Shown one piece after another: positions 1 through 8,329 of a stretch of DNA of 15,156 bases (position 1 is its first letter; every line of letters starts with the position of its first letter). A program made the translations under genes and the position numbers. Below the pieces are notes generated by a model. That model saw only the letters and a list, made by a program, of their open reading frames with translations, was not told the origin of the DNA and did not search any database. Source of the stretch: Abditibacteriaceae bacterium (GTDB lineage: Bacteria > Armatimonadota > Abditibacteriia > Abditibacteriales > Abditibacteriaceae); the NCBI GenBank assembly GCA_031425655.1, contig JANPJS010000123.1, forward strand, positions 1-15,156. The letters run 5' to 3'.

Positions 1-72
1 CCGCGCAAAAGCCGAATTTTCAAGCCGAATCCGGCGCCCGCGAAGTGCCAAAATTTTGATCCTGAATTATTG

Positions 73-195
73 ACGGTGAGACGGGAAGGGCGGGAAGACG
101 GGAAGAAAACTAGGGCTTTTTCTTTTCAAAAAATTTTCGTAATCGAAATAAACTTCAAATTTCTTCCCGTCTTTCCGCCCTTCCCGTCTCACCGT
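73..195. repeat. 36-bp inverted repeat built from 8-mer tandem units (GACGGGAA-like) around a 51-bp AT-rich spacer
   Basis: Left arm 73-108 ACGGTGAGACGGGAAGGGCGGGAAGACGGGAAGAAA; right arm 160-195 is its reverse complement with one mismatch (a G-U pair in + strand RNA). Confidence 0.9.
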
Positions 196-218
196 TGAAA
201 TCGAACGCGAGGAGTTTT

Positions 219-902
219 ATGCTGCGAATTTGCTTTTTGTTTTTTCTTCTCGTCGCTCCGCTGCGCGCTGCCGAAGTGCAAAGCCACGGCTATTACTTCG
301 AGAAATGGGTGCAGGACAGCTTTTTCGATAGTTATCGCGTCGAGAATTACACGCAAGAATGGGACGTGACGGCTGCCGCCAATAAAAAGCACGGCGGCAT
401 ACCGGTTTCGATTAAATTCACCAAATACGGCACCTCGGTTGATTTGGGCGATGCCGTGCGACAATTCAATATCAACGAAAAATTCATGATCGTCATCGGC
501 TATTGGAAGCAGGAAGGCGACCGCAAACGCATCGTTCACATGATCGCGCTGGTCGTGACGCCGGAGCAGTGGCGCAAGCTGTTCGAGCCGATTAGCAAAG
601 ACGATTTGTTAAAGCTGGACGCGACGGTCAAAAACCGCGATTTATCGCCGCAGCAGGCCGCTTTGGAAGCCTCGAAAATCAAACGCACGGCGCCATTTAC
701 CGAAGCGTTGATGACTTTGAATCCGAAAATTGATACCAAAGGCCAGCGCCGTTTGCAGTGCAGTTTGCGCTTCAGTCACGTTTTTAAACATTTAGTGCCC
801 GATATTGACTCAAAAGCGCAGGAAAAGCCGATGCTGTTCGGCATCGAAGCGCCGCCGCCTTTTGTTTCCGGCCCGCGCAGCTTCAAGAAAGATGGAGAGT
901 GA
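219..902 (+). CDS. Hypothetical exported protein, possible PD-(D/E)xK (restriction endonuclease-like) fold
   Basis: ATG at 219 follows GAGGAG (209-214). N-terminus MLRICFLFFLLVAPLRA|AEVQ resembles a Sec signal peptide. Motif order HGYYFE...WD...SIK...LGD resembles a nuclease E...D...SxK core. A terminator follows. ORF is well supported; function is inferred. Confidence 0.75.
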   Translation: MLRICFLFFLLVAPLRAAEVQSHGYYFEKWVQDSFFDSYRVENYTQEWDVTAAANKKHGGIPVSIKFTKYGTSVDLGDAVRQFNINEKFMIVIGYWKQEGDRKRIVHMIALVVTPEQWRKLFEPISKDDLLKLDATVKNRDLSPQQAALEASKIKRTAPFTEALMTLNPKIDTKGQRRLQCSLRFSHVFKHLVPDIDSKAQEKPMLFGIEAPPPFVSGPRSFKKDGE

Positions 903-905
903 AAT

Positions 906-942
906 AGAAAAGCCCGCGACTGTAACAGTCGCGGGCTTTTCT
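906..942. terminator. Bidirectional intrinsic terminator between convergent genes
   Basis: AGAAAAGCCCGCGACTGT-A-ACAGTCGCGGGCTTTTCT perfect inverted repeat with A/T tails on both sides. Confidence 0.9.
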
Positions 943-956
943 TTAGGGGCAAAAGA

Positions 957-1667
957 TTATTTATCGTCCCAACTATTGTTGACATCGCCGTAAGGCCAGC
1001 CGTTGGGGAGCGGGCCAAAGAATTTGCTGGCTCTCATAGTTTTGGCGTGGCCGTCAACATAAGCCACATTAAAGCTGTCGAAGTGGCGTGCGACCGGACG
1101 GCGGGTTTCGTTGCCACCAGTGTTGGTATACCAACCCGTAGCTGTTCCCGTGTTCCAGTTTCCGGGCGGTGTCCACTGCCAGTCGGTTGTTGTGGTGCAG
1201 TAGGCGGGCCAATTTTCCGGATTTTGATCCGTTGTTACTGAGGCGTTGCATTGCGCGGCATCGGTGAGGAGCGCAGAGCCGGCACTACTGCCGATGTCAG
1301 CCAATGATCTACCGAAATCCCAGTTGGAAAGGTTCACGTTGATGCCATAACTGGCAGATAGGCGCGTGGAAGGACAGACATGAATCTGCGAGTTAGCACC
1401 TCCGCTCCCACCCAGATACGGCTGAACAGAGTTTCGCCAGCGTCCGGGTTGATTGTTTTTCGGCAAGATTTCGTCAAAATCCTGAGTGTATTGCGAGACA
1501 GCCAAGCCCAGTTGCTTGAGATTGTTCATGCAACTGGATTTGCGGGCATTCTCCCTCGCGCGTGCGAAAACCGGGAATAGAATGGCTGCCAGCAGCGCTA
1601 TGATTGCTATGACGACAAGCAATTCAATCAGTGTGAACGCGCGGCGGATATTTGTTTTGAAAATCAT
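957..1667 (-). CDS. Prepilin-type N-terminal cleavage/methylation domain protein (DUF1559-like) with C-terminal H-X9-DG motif
   Basis: [49 protein letters not shown]-terminal [23 protein letters not shown] 5 nt upstream of ATG. Confidence 0.93.
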   Translation of the reverse strand: MIFKTNIRRAFTLIELLVVIAIIALLAAILFPVFARARENARKSSCMNNLKQLGLAVSQYTQDFDEILPKNNQPGRWRNSVQPYLGGSGGANSQIHVCPSTRLSASYGINVNLSNWDFGRSLADIGSSAGSALLTDAAQCNASVTTDQNPENWPAYCTTTTDWQWTPPGNWNTGTATGWYTNTGGNETRRPVARHFDSFNVAYVDGHAKTMRASKFFGPLPNGWPYGDVNNSWDDK

Positions 1668-1881
1668 GTTTTCTCCTCAAAATTGTGTGCAGTGTCAGTA
1701 TACCTATTCAAGACAATTTATAAACACACATAATAATTTGAGGGGTCGCGGAGTTTTTTCTGGGTTTCTCTCGTGCAATGACAAGGAATTTTGGCTCATC
1801 CGAAAATCCAAGAATTTGGAGAAGGTCATTTTCCTTGTCAAATCAAGCGTGAAAAACTCCGCGACCCCTCAATTATTTAAA

Positions 1882-2505
1882 TTAGCGATATTGCTGCATG
1901 ATTGGCAGCAGTTGGTCGGCGCTCAGGCCGCCGGTGATGCGGCCACGCTCGGTGCCGTCACCATTTATCCACACCAGAGTCGGCAGGCCGGTGATGCTGT
2001 AGCGTTGCGCCAGATCGGGAACATTGTCCACGTTGATTTTCACTGGCACGACGTTTTGCGCTTCTTGAACGATGGACGGATCGGGGAAAGTTTGGGCGTC
2101 CATGTCGCGGCAGGGGCCGCACCAATCGGCGTAGAAGTCCACCATCATCGGCTTGTTGCTGGATAGGGCGAGTTGCTGCGCGGCTTCAAACGAAGTCTGC
2201 CAGGCGATAGCGCTACTCTGAATCGGCGCGAACGTGGCGCTGGCGACGGCGGGCGCGGTTGGAGGGGCCGCAGGACGCCCGCGCAACGCGAGAAACAACA
2301 CCAGAGGCAGCACCAGCAACAAAAGCGGCGCCAGCAGCAGGAAAATTAGCTCGGTGGGCACGCGCTGACCGCCGTTTTGCTCGGCTTCGGCTTGCGCGAT
2401 GAGTTCCAGTTCGCGCAGTCGCGCGCTTTCAGCAGTCGAAACCGTATCCGACTGAATAGCCGGAGTCTGCGATTCGGGCGAGGGTAAAACACTTTCGTCG
2501 GGCAT
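1882..2505 (-). CDS. Membrane-anchored thioredoxin family protein
   Basis: Hydrophobic segment LIFLLLAPLLLLVLPLVLFLAL, Pro/Ala linker, MVDFYADWCGPC active site and GLPT cis-Pro loop. Confidence 0.92.
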   Translation of the reverse strand: MPDESVLPSPESQTPAIQSDTVSTAESARLRELELIAQAEAEQNGGQRVPTELIFLLLAPLLLLVLPLVLFLALRGRPAAPPTAPAVASATFAPIQSSAIAWQTSFEAAQQLALSSNKPMMVDFYADWCGPCRDMDAQTFPDPSIVQEAQNVVPVKINVDNVPDLAQRYSITGLPTLVWINGDGTERGRITGGLSADQLLPIMQQYR

Positions 2506-2517
2506 GAAAAATCTCCG

Positions 2518-3009
2518 TCAAACAAGGCCGCGCACGAAATCCAACACTTGCTGCGCGTGTCCTTCGGGCGTGACGCTCTCGAAAATATGCCGCAAGACGC
2601 CGTTTGCATCTGCGACGAAGGTCGTGCGCGCGACTTTCGTCACGGGTTTGCCATACATCGTCGCTTGTTTCAATAAGCCCCATTCTTGAATTAGCTTTGC
2701 GCCATCGTCGGCGGCGAGCGGGTAGAGCAAAGCCTGATTCTCAATGAAACGCCGGTGCGCCGACAATTTATCGCGCGAAATTCCCACGACAGCCACGCCG
2801 AGCGCTGCGAATTCTTCGTGCAGATCTCGGAATCCGACCGCTTCGTCGGTGCAGCCGCAAGTCGCGTCTTTCGGATAGAAAAACAAGACGAAAGGCCGCC
2901 CGGCGAAGCGGTCGGCGGAAAGCATGATTTCATCCAGTCCGTCGCCGGTTTTGACGACGGCGGGTAGTGAAAATTCGGGCAAAATCTGTCCGATTTGGGG
3001 AATGGGCAT
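2518..3009 (-). CDS. bcp: Peroxiredoxin, BCP/PrxQ subfamily
   Basis: FVLFFYPKDATCGCTDEA..FRD, VVGISRD, YPLAAD, RTTFV and GHAQQVL motifs typical of BCP. Confidence 0.9.
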   Translation of the reverse strand: MPIPQIGQILPEFSLPAVVKTGDGLDEIMLSADRFAGRPFVLFFYPKDATCGCTDEAVGFRDLHEEFAALGVAVVGISRDKLSAHRRFIENQALLYPLAADDGAKLIQEWGLLKQATMYGKPVTKVARTTFVADANGVLRHIFESVTPEGHAQQVLDFVRGLV

Positions 3010-3025
3010 GATGTAGCGTCACAAC

Positions 3026-4099
3026 TTAAACCGCGATGGCTTCTTTGGCTTCGATGCCGGACAACGCTTCGTGCGCGTGACGCAGCATCCGCTCGGTGGT
3101 TTCCCAATCAACGCAGGCATCGGTCACGCTGACGCCGTAGCGCAGTTGCGAAAGATCGCGGGGAACGGACTGGTTCCCTTCAACGAGAAAGCTTTCAATC
3201 ATCAGACCGATGACGGCTTTGTTACCTTCGGCGCGTTGCGCGATGACGTTTTGCGCCACTTCTTCCTGCTTGGCGTGCTGCTTGAACGAATTGGCGTGCG
3301 AGCAATCTACCATCAGCGTTGCACTTTGGCCGGCTTTTTCGAGAGCTTTCACGGCGTTTTCGATGCTTTGCTGATCGTAGTTCGAGCCGGCGCGCCCGCC
3401 GCGCAAAACGACGTGGCCGCAAGGGTTGCCGCGCGTGCGAATAATCGCCGTTACGCCTTCCTGATCAATGCCGAGAAACGAGTGCGGCGCGCGTGCCGAC
3501 TGCATGGCGTCAAGCGCGATTTGCAGGCTGCCGTCCGTGCCGTTTTTGTAGCCGACCGGCATCGAAAGGCCGCTCGCCATTTCGCGGTGCGTTTGCGATT
3601 CGGTCGTGCGGGCGCCAATCGCGGCCCACGAAACCAAGTCGGCGATATATTGGGGCACAATCGGGTCGAGAAACTCGGTCGCGGTCGGCAAACCCATTTC
3701 GGTGATTTGCAAAAGCAACTGCCGGGCGCGTTTGAGGCCGGTTTCGATGTCATACGAGCCGTCCATGTGCGGATCGTTGACAAGGCCTTTCCAGCCGACA
3801 GTCGTGCGCGGCTTCTCAAAATACACGCGCATCACGATGAATAAGCGGTCGGAAAGCTCATCGCGCAGTCGCGCCAGCTTTTCGGCATATTCGAGCGCGG
3901 CTTTGGTGTCGTGAATCGAACACGGGCCAAGCACGACTAACAAACGCGCATCATCGCCGCGCAAAATGCGCTCGACGGTTTCGCGCCCTTCGACGACCGT
4001 CGCGTTCGCAGTTTCGGTCATCGGCAGAAGTTCTTTATGGACACGCGGCGGCGCCAAAGGCACAGTGTCCTCCACATTTAAATCGGTAGTCGGAAGCAT
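3026..4099 (-). CDS. aroG: 3-deoxy-7-phosphoheptulonate (DAHP) synthase, class I alpha (AroF/G/H type)
   Basis: [50 protein letters not shown] and SVTDAC motifs. Start set at ATG 4099 (MLPTTDLNV), which matches the usual family N-terminus, rather than the GTG at 4168. The specific paralogue (F/G/H) cannot be resolved. Confidence 0.96.
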   Translation of the reverse strand: MLPTTDLNVEDTVPLAPPRVHKELLPMTETANATVVEGRETVERILRGDDARLLVVLGPCSIHDTKAALEYAEKLARLRDELSDRLFIVMRVYFEKPRTTVGWKGLVNDPHMDGSYDIETGLKRARQLLLQITEMGLPTATEFLDPIVPQYIADLVSWAAIGARTTESQTHREMASGLSMPVGYKNGTDGSLQIALDAMQSARAPHSFLGIDQEGVTAIIRTRGNPCGHVVLRGGRAGSNYDQQSIENAVKALEKAGQSATLMVDCSHANSFKQHAKQEEVAQNVIAQRAEGNKAVIGLMIESFLVEGNQSVPRDLSQLRYGVSVTDACVDWETTERMLRHAHEALSGIEAKEAIAV

Positions 4100-4196
4100 A
4101 ATAATCTTTTTTGGTTGGTTAGCGGACAGTTTAGCAAAGCGCGGCGGACGGCTGAAAAACGAAGTCACTCGTCGCTGATTTCGACGAGTTTTGATT

Positions 4197-4225
4197 TTGG
4201 GTTACGAGCGAAAGCGGCGTATAAT
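4197..4225 (+). promoter_or_regulatory. Putative sigma70 promoter for the PIN gene pair
   Basis: TTGGGT (4197-4202), 17 bp, perfect TATAAT (4220-4225); GGAG at 4234-4237 before ATG 4249. Confidence 0.6.
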
Positions 4226-4248
4226 TGTGTTGTGGAGAGTGAACGACA

Positions 4249-4566
4249 ATGAACGCAAAAGAAGCCGTAGCGGCGGCCAAAACCTATGTCGAAGAAATGT
4301 TTGCCGACGAGCAAATAACGGACTTGGGACTGGAAGAAGTCGAGTTTGAGGACGCGACGAATTGCTGGCGCATTACTGTCGGCTTTTCCTCCCCACAAAT
4401 TGCCGAAACGTATAACAAGAATCCCTTCAGTGAGCTGAGAAAAGGCGGTTCTTTAATTGAGATGATGCGGGAAAAAGCCCTGAGCCGATCTTACAAGGTG
4501 GTCACCATCAACGATAACAGCGCCCAGGTCGTCTCGGTGAAGAACCGGGAACTCCACGCTGTTTAA
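4249..4566 (+). CDS. Small hypothetical protein, putative partner (antitoxin-like) of the downstream PIN protein
   Basis: 105-aa ORF with RBS; acidic LGLEEVEFE segment, WRITVGF and RSYKVVTI; ends 11 bp upstream of the PIN gene. Confidence 0.8.
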   Translation: MNAKEAVAAAKTYVEEMFADEQITDLGLEEVEFEDATNCWRITVGFSSPQIAETYNKNPFSELRKGGSLIEMMREKALSRSYKVVTINDNSAQVVSVKNRELHAV

Positions 4567-4577
4567 AGCGATAACGC

Positions 4578-5042
4578 ATGAAGCGGATCCTTCTCGACAC
4601 CAATTTATTGGTTCTGCACATCGTGGCGGTTACCGATGAAAAGCTGATTGGCAAGCACAAGCGAACAAGGGCTTTCGTTCCAGACGATTTTCTGCTGTTG
4701 AAACTCGTTTTGCAAGATTATCCGCAAATCGTCGTGACGCCGCACATTCTGGCTGAAACCTTTAACTTGGTCGCTCAAATCGGCGACCCGGATAAATCGA
4801 GAATCTTACGCACTCTTGGCGATTTCGTGGGTAAACACGAAGAAATACAGCACCCCAGCAAAAGCGCCGTGAATGCCCCTTATTTCGTTCGTATGGGCTT
4901 GACGGACAGCCTCGTTCTCGAAATCATGCAAGACGGATTGCCGCTTTTGACGGACGATTACGATTTGTATCTTCAGGCCATGAACTCAAACTGTCTGGCT
5001 TTCAACTTCAATCATCTGCGACAGGCACATCTCTGGTCATAG
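4578..5042 (+). CDS. PIN domain protein (VapC-like ribonuclease)
   Basis: ILLDTNLL, TPHILAE, GLTDS and LLTDDYDL supply the PIN acidic residues in the expected order. Confidence 0.88.
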   Translation: MKRILLDTNLLVLHIVAVTDEKLIGKHKRTRAFVPDDFLLLKLVLQDYPQIVVTPHILAETFNLVAQIGDPDKSRILRTLGDFVGKHEEIQHPSKSAVNAPYFVRMGLTDSLVLEIMQDGLPLLTDDYDLYLQAMNSNCLAFNFNHLRQAHLWS

Positions 5043-5064
5043 GTCTCGAAACGATTTATCTACC

Positions 5065-5100
5065 AAAACAGCCCACCGACACGTTCGGCGGGCTGTTTTT
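5065..5100. terminator. Intrinsic terminator between convergent genes
   Basis: AAAACAGCCCACCGA-CACGT-TCGGCGGGCTGTTTT; the single mismatch is a G-U pair in the minus-strand transcript; T-tracts on both strands. Confidence 0.85.
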
Positions 5101-5117
5101 CTGCGAGAAAACAAGCC

Positions 5118-5984
5118 TTATCCGGCCATCGGCGCCATTTCAACGGCGTAGAGGCTGCCGTCAGAATCGAGCGCGTAAAGCGACGGCATCGGGCCGTCGT
5201 GGCCGACGAAAAGGAACTTCGTCGCTTTGTAAATCGGCTTACCCATTGGAATTGGCTTCACGTCGTCGCCCGCCGCCAAGACGCTCCACTGCAACACGCC
5301 CTTGTCGTTGACGACGTAAAGCGTGTCTACTTCGCTGACAATCGCGCCGGCTTTGCTGCCTTTCCACAGCGCCGGTTTGCCGAGGTTTTTCCATGTGCCG
5401 TCGGATGGGTTGACGTTATAAAGCGTGCCGTCAGTCTCGATAGTAAAAATTCCGGTTTCGCTGTAAGCCACTTTATCGCGGCCCAAAATTAAGTTTGTGC
5501 CGGCGAATTCGGGCTTGCCCAACTGCTTCCATTGCCCACTCGCGGAATTCGTGCGAAACAACGCACCGCTTTTCTCGACGGTGTAAAGCTGATTGCTGGC
5601 CGTCGCGCCGTTGAGGGTGTTTTTCCACTCGCCGGCTTTGCCCATGCGCTGTCGCCCGCCGTTGGCCGGGTTGATGCGATAAAGGTTGCCGTCGGTTTCG
5701 ATGGAATACAGGCTTGAGTTGGCGGCGAGCAGAATTTTCGTTCGGCCAAAAACGGCTCTGCCAACCGGCTTCCATTTGCCGCTTTTCAGGTCGGTGGAGT
5801 AGAGAACGCCGCTCGACTCGACGCTGTAAAGGGTGTTTTTCAGCACGGCGCCGGCAATGGTGTTTTTCCAATTGCCGGCTTTGCCCAAACGCTTGCGGTC
5901 GCCCGGTTCGGCATGAGCCAGCGAAGTCAACAACACGCCCAGCAGCGCGGCGGGGCGCGCCCAACGACTGATCGAAACTTGCAT
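5118..5984 (-). CDS. Secreted six-repeat beta-propeller protein (tachylectin/tectonin-like)
   Basis: ATG 5984 with AAAGGA RBS; signal peptide ending SLAHA|E; six ~40-46-aa repeats with LY(S/T)(V/I)E..G.LY and LGK..W/F motifs. Confidence 0.8.
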   Translation of the reverse strand: MQVSISRWARPAALLGVLLTSLAHAEPGDRKRLGKAGNWKNTIAGAVLKNTLYSVESSGVLYSTDLKSGKWKPVGRAVFGRTKILLAANSSLYSIETDGNLYRINPANGGRQRMGKAGEWKNTLNGATASNQLYTVEKSGALFRTNSASGQWKQLGKPEFAGTNLILGRDKVAYSETGIFTIETDGTLYNVNPSDGTWKNLGKPALWKGSKAGAIVSEVDTLYVVNDKGVLQWSVLAAGDDVKPIPMGKPIYKATKFLFVGHDGPMPSLYALDSDGSLYAVEMAPMAG

Positions 5985-6012
5985 GATGAATTCCTTTGTG
6001 TGGCTGATTTTA

Positions 6013-6141
6013 ACCCCCAACCCCCTTGATAAGGGGGCTAACGAATGACTGGCAGGAGAAGGCAGAGCGTGATAGCAACTGTCACTTTTATTTTCTCTTA
6101 CCAACTGATTCATTAGCCCCCTTACCAAGGGGGTTGGGGGT
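6013..6141. repeat. MITE/REP-like element: 29-bp terminal inverted repeats, each containing an internal CCCCCTT-N3-AAGGGGG palindrome
   Basis: 6013-6041 ACCCCCAACCCCCTTGATAAGGGGGCTAA versus 6113-6141 TTAGCCCCCTTACCAAGGGGGTTGGGGGT (1 mismatch), 71-bp spacer. Confidence 0.85.
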
Positions 6142-6173
6142 CAAGCGGTCATAGACCGCCGTTTCAAACGCCT

Positions 6174-7124
6174 TCAATTTGCCGCGATAAGTTGCACGAT
6201 GGCGACTAAAACCAGTGCGGTGTCGCCGTTGTTTTTGACGCGGTGCAGCGCGGAGAATTGCGATTTCGGGCCGCGCTTGTAAGTCACTTTTGGGTCGTCG
6301 TCGGTTTTTTCTGCGTCGGTCGGCGCACGCAGATTGCCGTCAATGGTCGCTTCCAAATCGTCGGTGTTGTCGTCGCTGGCGGCGATGAGAATGTATTTGG
6401 TGCCGGCGTTGAGATTGTGGCCGTTTTCCGAGTGCGAGCCTTTGGGAATCACGCCGCCGTGGATGCTGAACCATGTATAGGCGAGGTCGGCGCCGTTTGG
6501 GTTCGCCTCGCGGATTTTGTCGAGGCGTTTTTGCAGCTTGGCCGCCGCGATTTTCATGTTTTCGAGCGGCACGTCCCAGCCGGCGTCTTTGCGAAGCAGC
6601 ACAAACGCGACGTAGGCGCTGGTTTTGCCGGCGTTTTCGTCCACGTCTTCCAAAATGATGCGAATACCGGCGCCCTGCCGCTTCGGCACCTTGAATACCA
6701 CGCCCGGCGCGTTGTTGTCTTCGGTGCTTTCGGTGATGACAGGGTCGTTCTCATTGGCCATGCGAATCTGCCCGCCCGGATTGAGAATCTGAATCTTAAT
6801 CTTGGTGGCAGCGTTGTCGCCGCCGCCGATGACGGCGTATTCGACGCCGGGTTCGAGCGTCGGCGTGTTGATTTTCGACTCGCCTTTTTTCAGCCAGCAG
6901 CCTTTGATGCTGTGGTTATAGCCAACCGGCTGCGTCGCTTGCGTCGAGTTGTCCAGACCGTATTCTTTGAGTTCATCGGTCTGGCTGCGCTGAAAAACGC
7001 GGTCAATGGCCTGAAGCAGCGGATGCTCGTCCGCCTTCGCACGTTGCGGCAGCGCGATGGCTGCCCAAAGCAGAGTCAGGGCCGCAATGGCGCGGCGTGC
7101 GACGGTGCGTCGAACGGCTTTCAT
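6174..7124 (-). CDS. Secreted hypothetical protein with two internal beta-sandwich (PPC-like) repeats
   Basis: ATG 7124 with AAAGGA upstream (alternative TTG start at 7142); signal peptide ending QRAKA|D; repeats LEPGVEYAVIGGGDN...P.V.F and LNAGTKYILIAASDD...P.V.Y. Confidence 0.78.
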   Translation of the reverse strand: MKAVRRTVARRAIAALTLLWAAIALPQRAKADEHPLLQAIDRVFQRSQTDELKEYGLDNSTQATQPVGYNHSIKGCWLKKGESKINTPTLEPGVEYAVIGGGDNAATKIKIQILNPGGQIRMANENDPVITESTEDNNAPGVVFKVPKRQGAGIRIILEDVDENAGKTSAYVAFVLLRKDAGWDVPLENMKIAAAKLQKRLDKIREANPNGADLAYTWFSIHGGVIPKGSHSENGHNLNAGTKYILIAASDDNTDDLEATIDGNLRAPTDAEKTDDDPKVTYKRGPKSQFSALHRVKNNGDTALVLVAIVQLIAAN

Positions 7125-7142
7125 GAGTTCAATCCTTTTCAA

Positions 7143-8093
7143 TTACTGCTTTTCCAGCGTCCACTTGTTTTCGTGGGCTTCGTTGCGCGAGCGCAGGATG
7201 GTTTCGCCGTTGTCTTCGTCGTTGATGTAAATCGCGCGGCCACCCAACTTCACGTTGGTCAACATCACGCCGTCGCCGTTTTTCTCGAAGCGCCAGAACT
7301 GCTCGCCTTCGGGAGAATCGGCTTTGTCGGCTAACACGACTTTGCCGGTGTCATCATCGGTGGGAATTAGGCACTGCCCGTCTTTACCGACCGGGATGAT
7401 GCGGAATGCTTTGGGGAATTGATCCGGTGCGGCTTCAAGCTTCCATTTGCGCGCGGCTTCGTCGCCGTCTTTTTTGGAGAGAATGCCGTCTTTGTCGTCG
7501 TTGAGCGCCAGGAACCAGTCACCTTTTTTGATGACGTAATCGCCGTCGGTTTCGGGCAGCAAGAAATCGGAAACCACGCCGTCATCTTTCAATTCGTTGC
7601 CGTCGTAGTCGCGGCGAAATTCCATGACGCCGGTGTTGCCGTCCTGCGAAGCCCAGCGGCCTTTGAGATATTCAAAATTGTCGTCGCGGCTGTAGATCAG
7701 CGAGCGAATCACAGTGTTAGCGAGCTTGTTCGGGCCTTCGATGAGTTTGTCCGGCGTCCAAACCATCAGTTTTTTTTCGAAGTTGAAGTTGCCGTCGAAC
7801 TCGTATTTGCCCCAGCTTTTGGCGTTGGCCTTGTCTTTGGCGGTGTAGGTGCCGGTCAGGTTTTTGAAGGAGCCGTCAATCTCCAGCGCCACGAACCAAC
7901 TCGCCGCACCGGGGACGGCGGGATAATTCCAGCCTTTGCCGGTTTTCCAGTTGTAAGCAGCGTTGGCGGGAATCTTCCCTTTCTGGGATACCATGTGTCC
8001 AGACCAGGTGCCGCTCAGGGTTTCGCCCGCCGCAGCGGGGTTTACGAAGCTCGTCGCCAGCAGTGCGACGCCGGCCAGCAGTGACTTTTTCAT
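7143..8093 (-). CDS. Secreted protein with C-terminal ricin-B/beta-trefoil lectin-like domain
   Basis: RBS GAGGAG; signal peptide MKKSLLAGVALLATSFVNPAAA|G; three trefoil-like subrepeats ending RKWKL, QFWRF and NKWTL, with a GQCL motif; beta-rich N-terminal domain starting LSGTWSG. Confidence 0.8.
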   Translation of the reverse strand: MKKSLLAGVALLATSFVNPAAAGETLSGTWSGHMVSQKGKIPANAAYNWKTGKGWNYPAVPGAASWFVALEIDGSFKNLTGTYTAKDKANAKSWGKYEFDGNFNFEKKLMVWTPDKLIEGPNKLANTVIRSLIYSRDDNFEYLKGRWASQDGNTGVMEFRRDYDGNELKDDGVVSDFLLPETDGDYVIKKGDWFLALNDDKDGILSKKDGDEAARKWKLEAAPDQFPKAFRIIPVGKDGQCLIPTDDDTGKVVLADKADSPEGEQFWRFEKNGDGVMLTNVKLGGRAIYINDEDNGETILRSRNEAHENKWTLEKQ

Positions 8094-8329
8094 CTTTGTT
8101 TTCTCCTCTGAATATCCGCTCCGGCGCCTCGTTAACTGGCACCGACGATTTGGGAATGGCGACTAACACAGCGCGATGCCGCACTTGTTTTTAATCAGGT
8201 CTGCGCTTCTCGATTGCGCGGAACTCCGCTTTCTGCCGTTGCGCCACTCATTAATATTTATTTAAAGGAATCATTGCACTGCAACTATTAACTCAAATGA
8301 AACTGCTTGGTAGAAAACAGGGATAAAGC

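Noticed and set aside
1..73. Possible 3' end of an upstream CDS (...RRPRSAKILILNY*)
   Set aside because: Only 23 codons are visible; frame and product cannot be supported.
1965..1973. Perfect DnaA box TTATCCACA
   Set aside because: Isolated and inside the thioredoxin CDS (encodes VWI on the minus strand); probably chance.
4100..4168. GTG-started extension of the DAHP synthase
   Set aside because: Not family-like, and it contains a TGCTAAACT promoter-like element on the minus strand.
5985..6128. N-terminal extension of the propeller ORF to 6128
   Set aside because: It runs through the inverted-repeat element; ATG 5984 has an RBS and gives a clean signal peptide.
6243..7334. 363-aa + strand ORF and other long antisense ORFs (3071-3844, 7419-8084, 11794-12708, 14046-14579, 1486-2166)
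   Set aside because: Shadow ORFs opposite well-supported genes, with no recognisable motifs.
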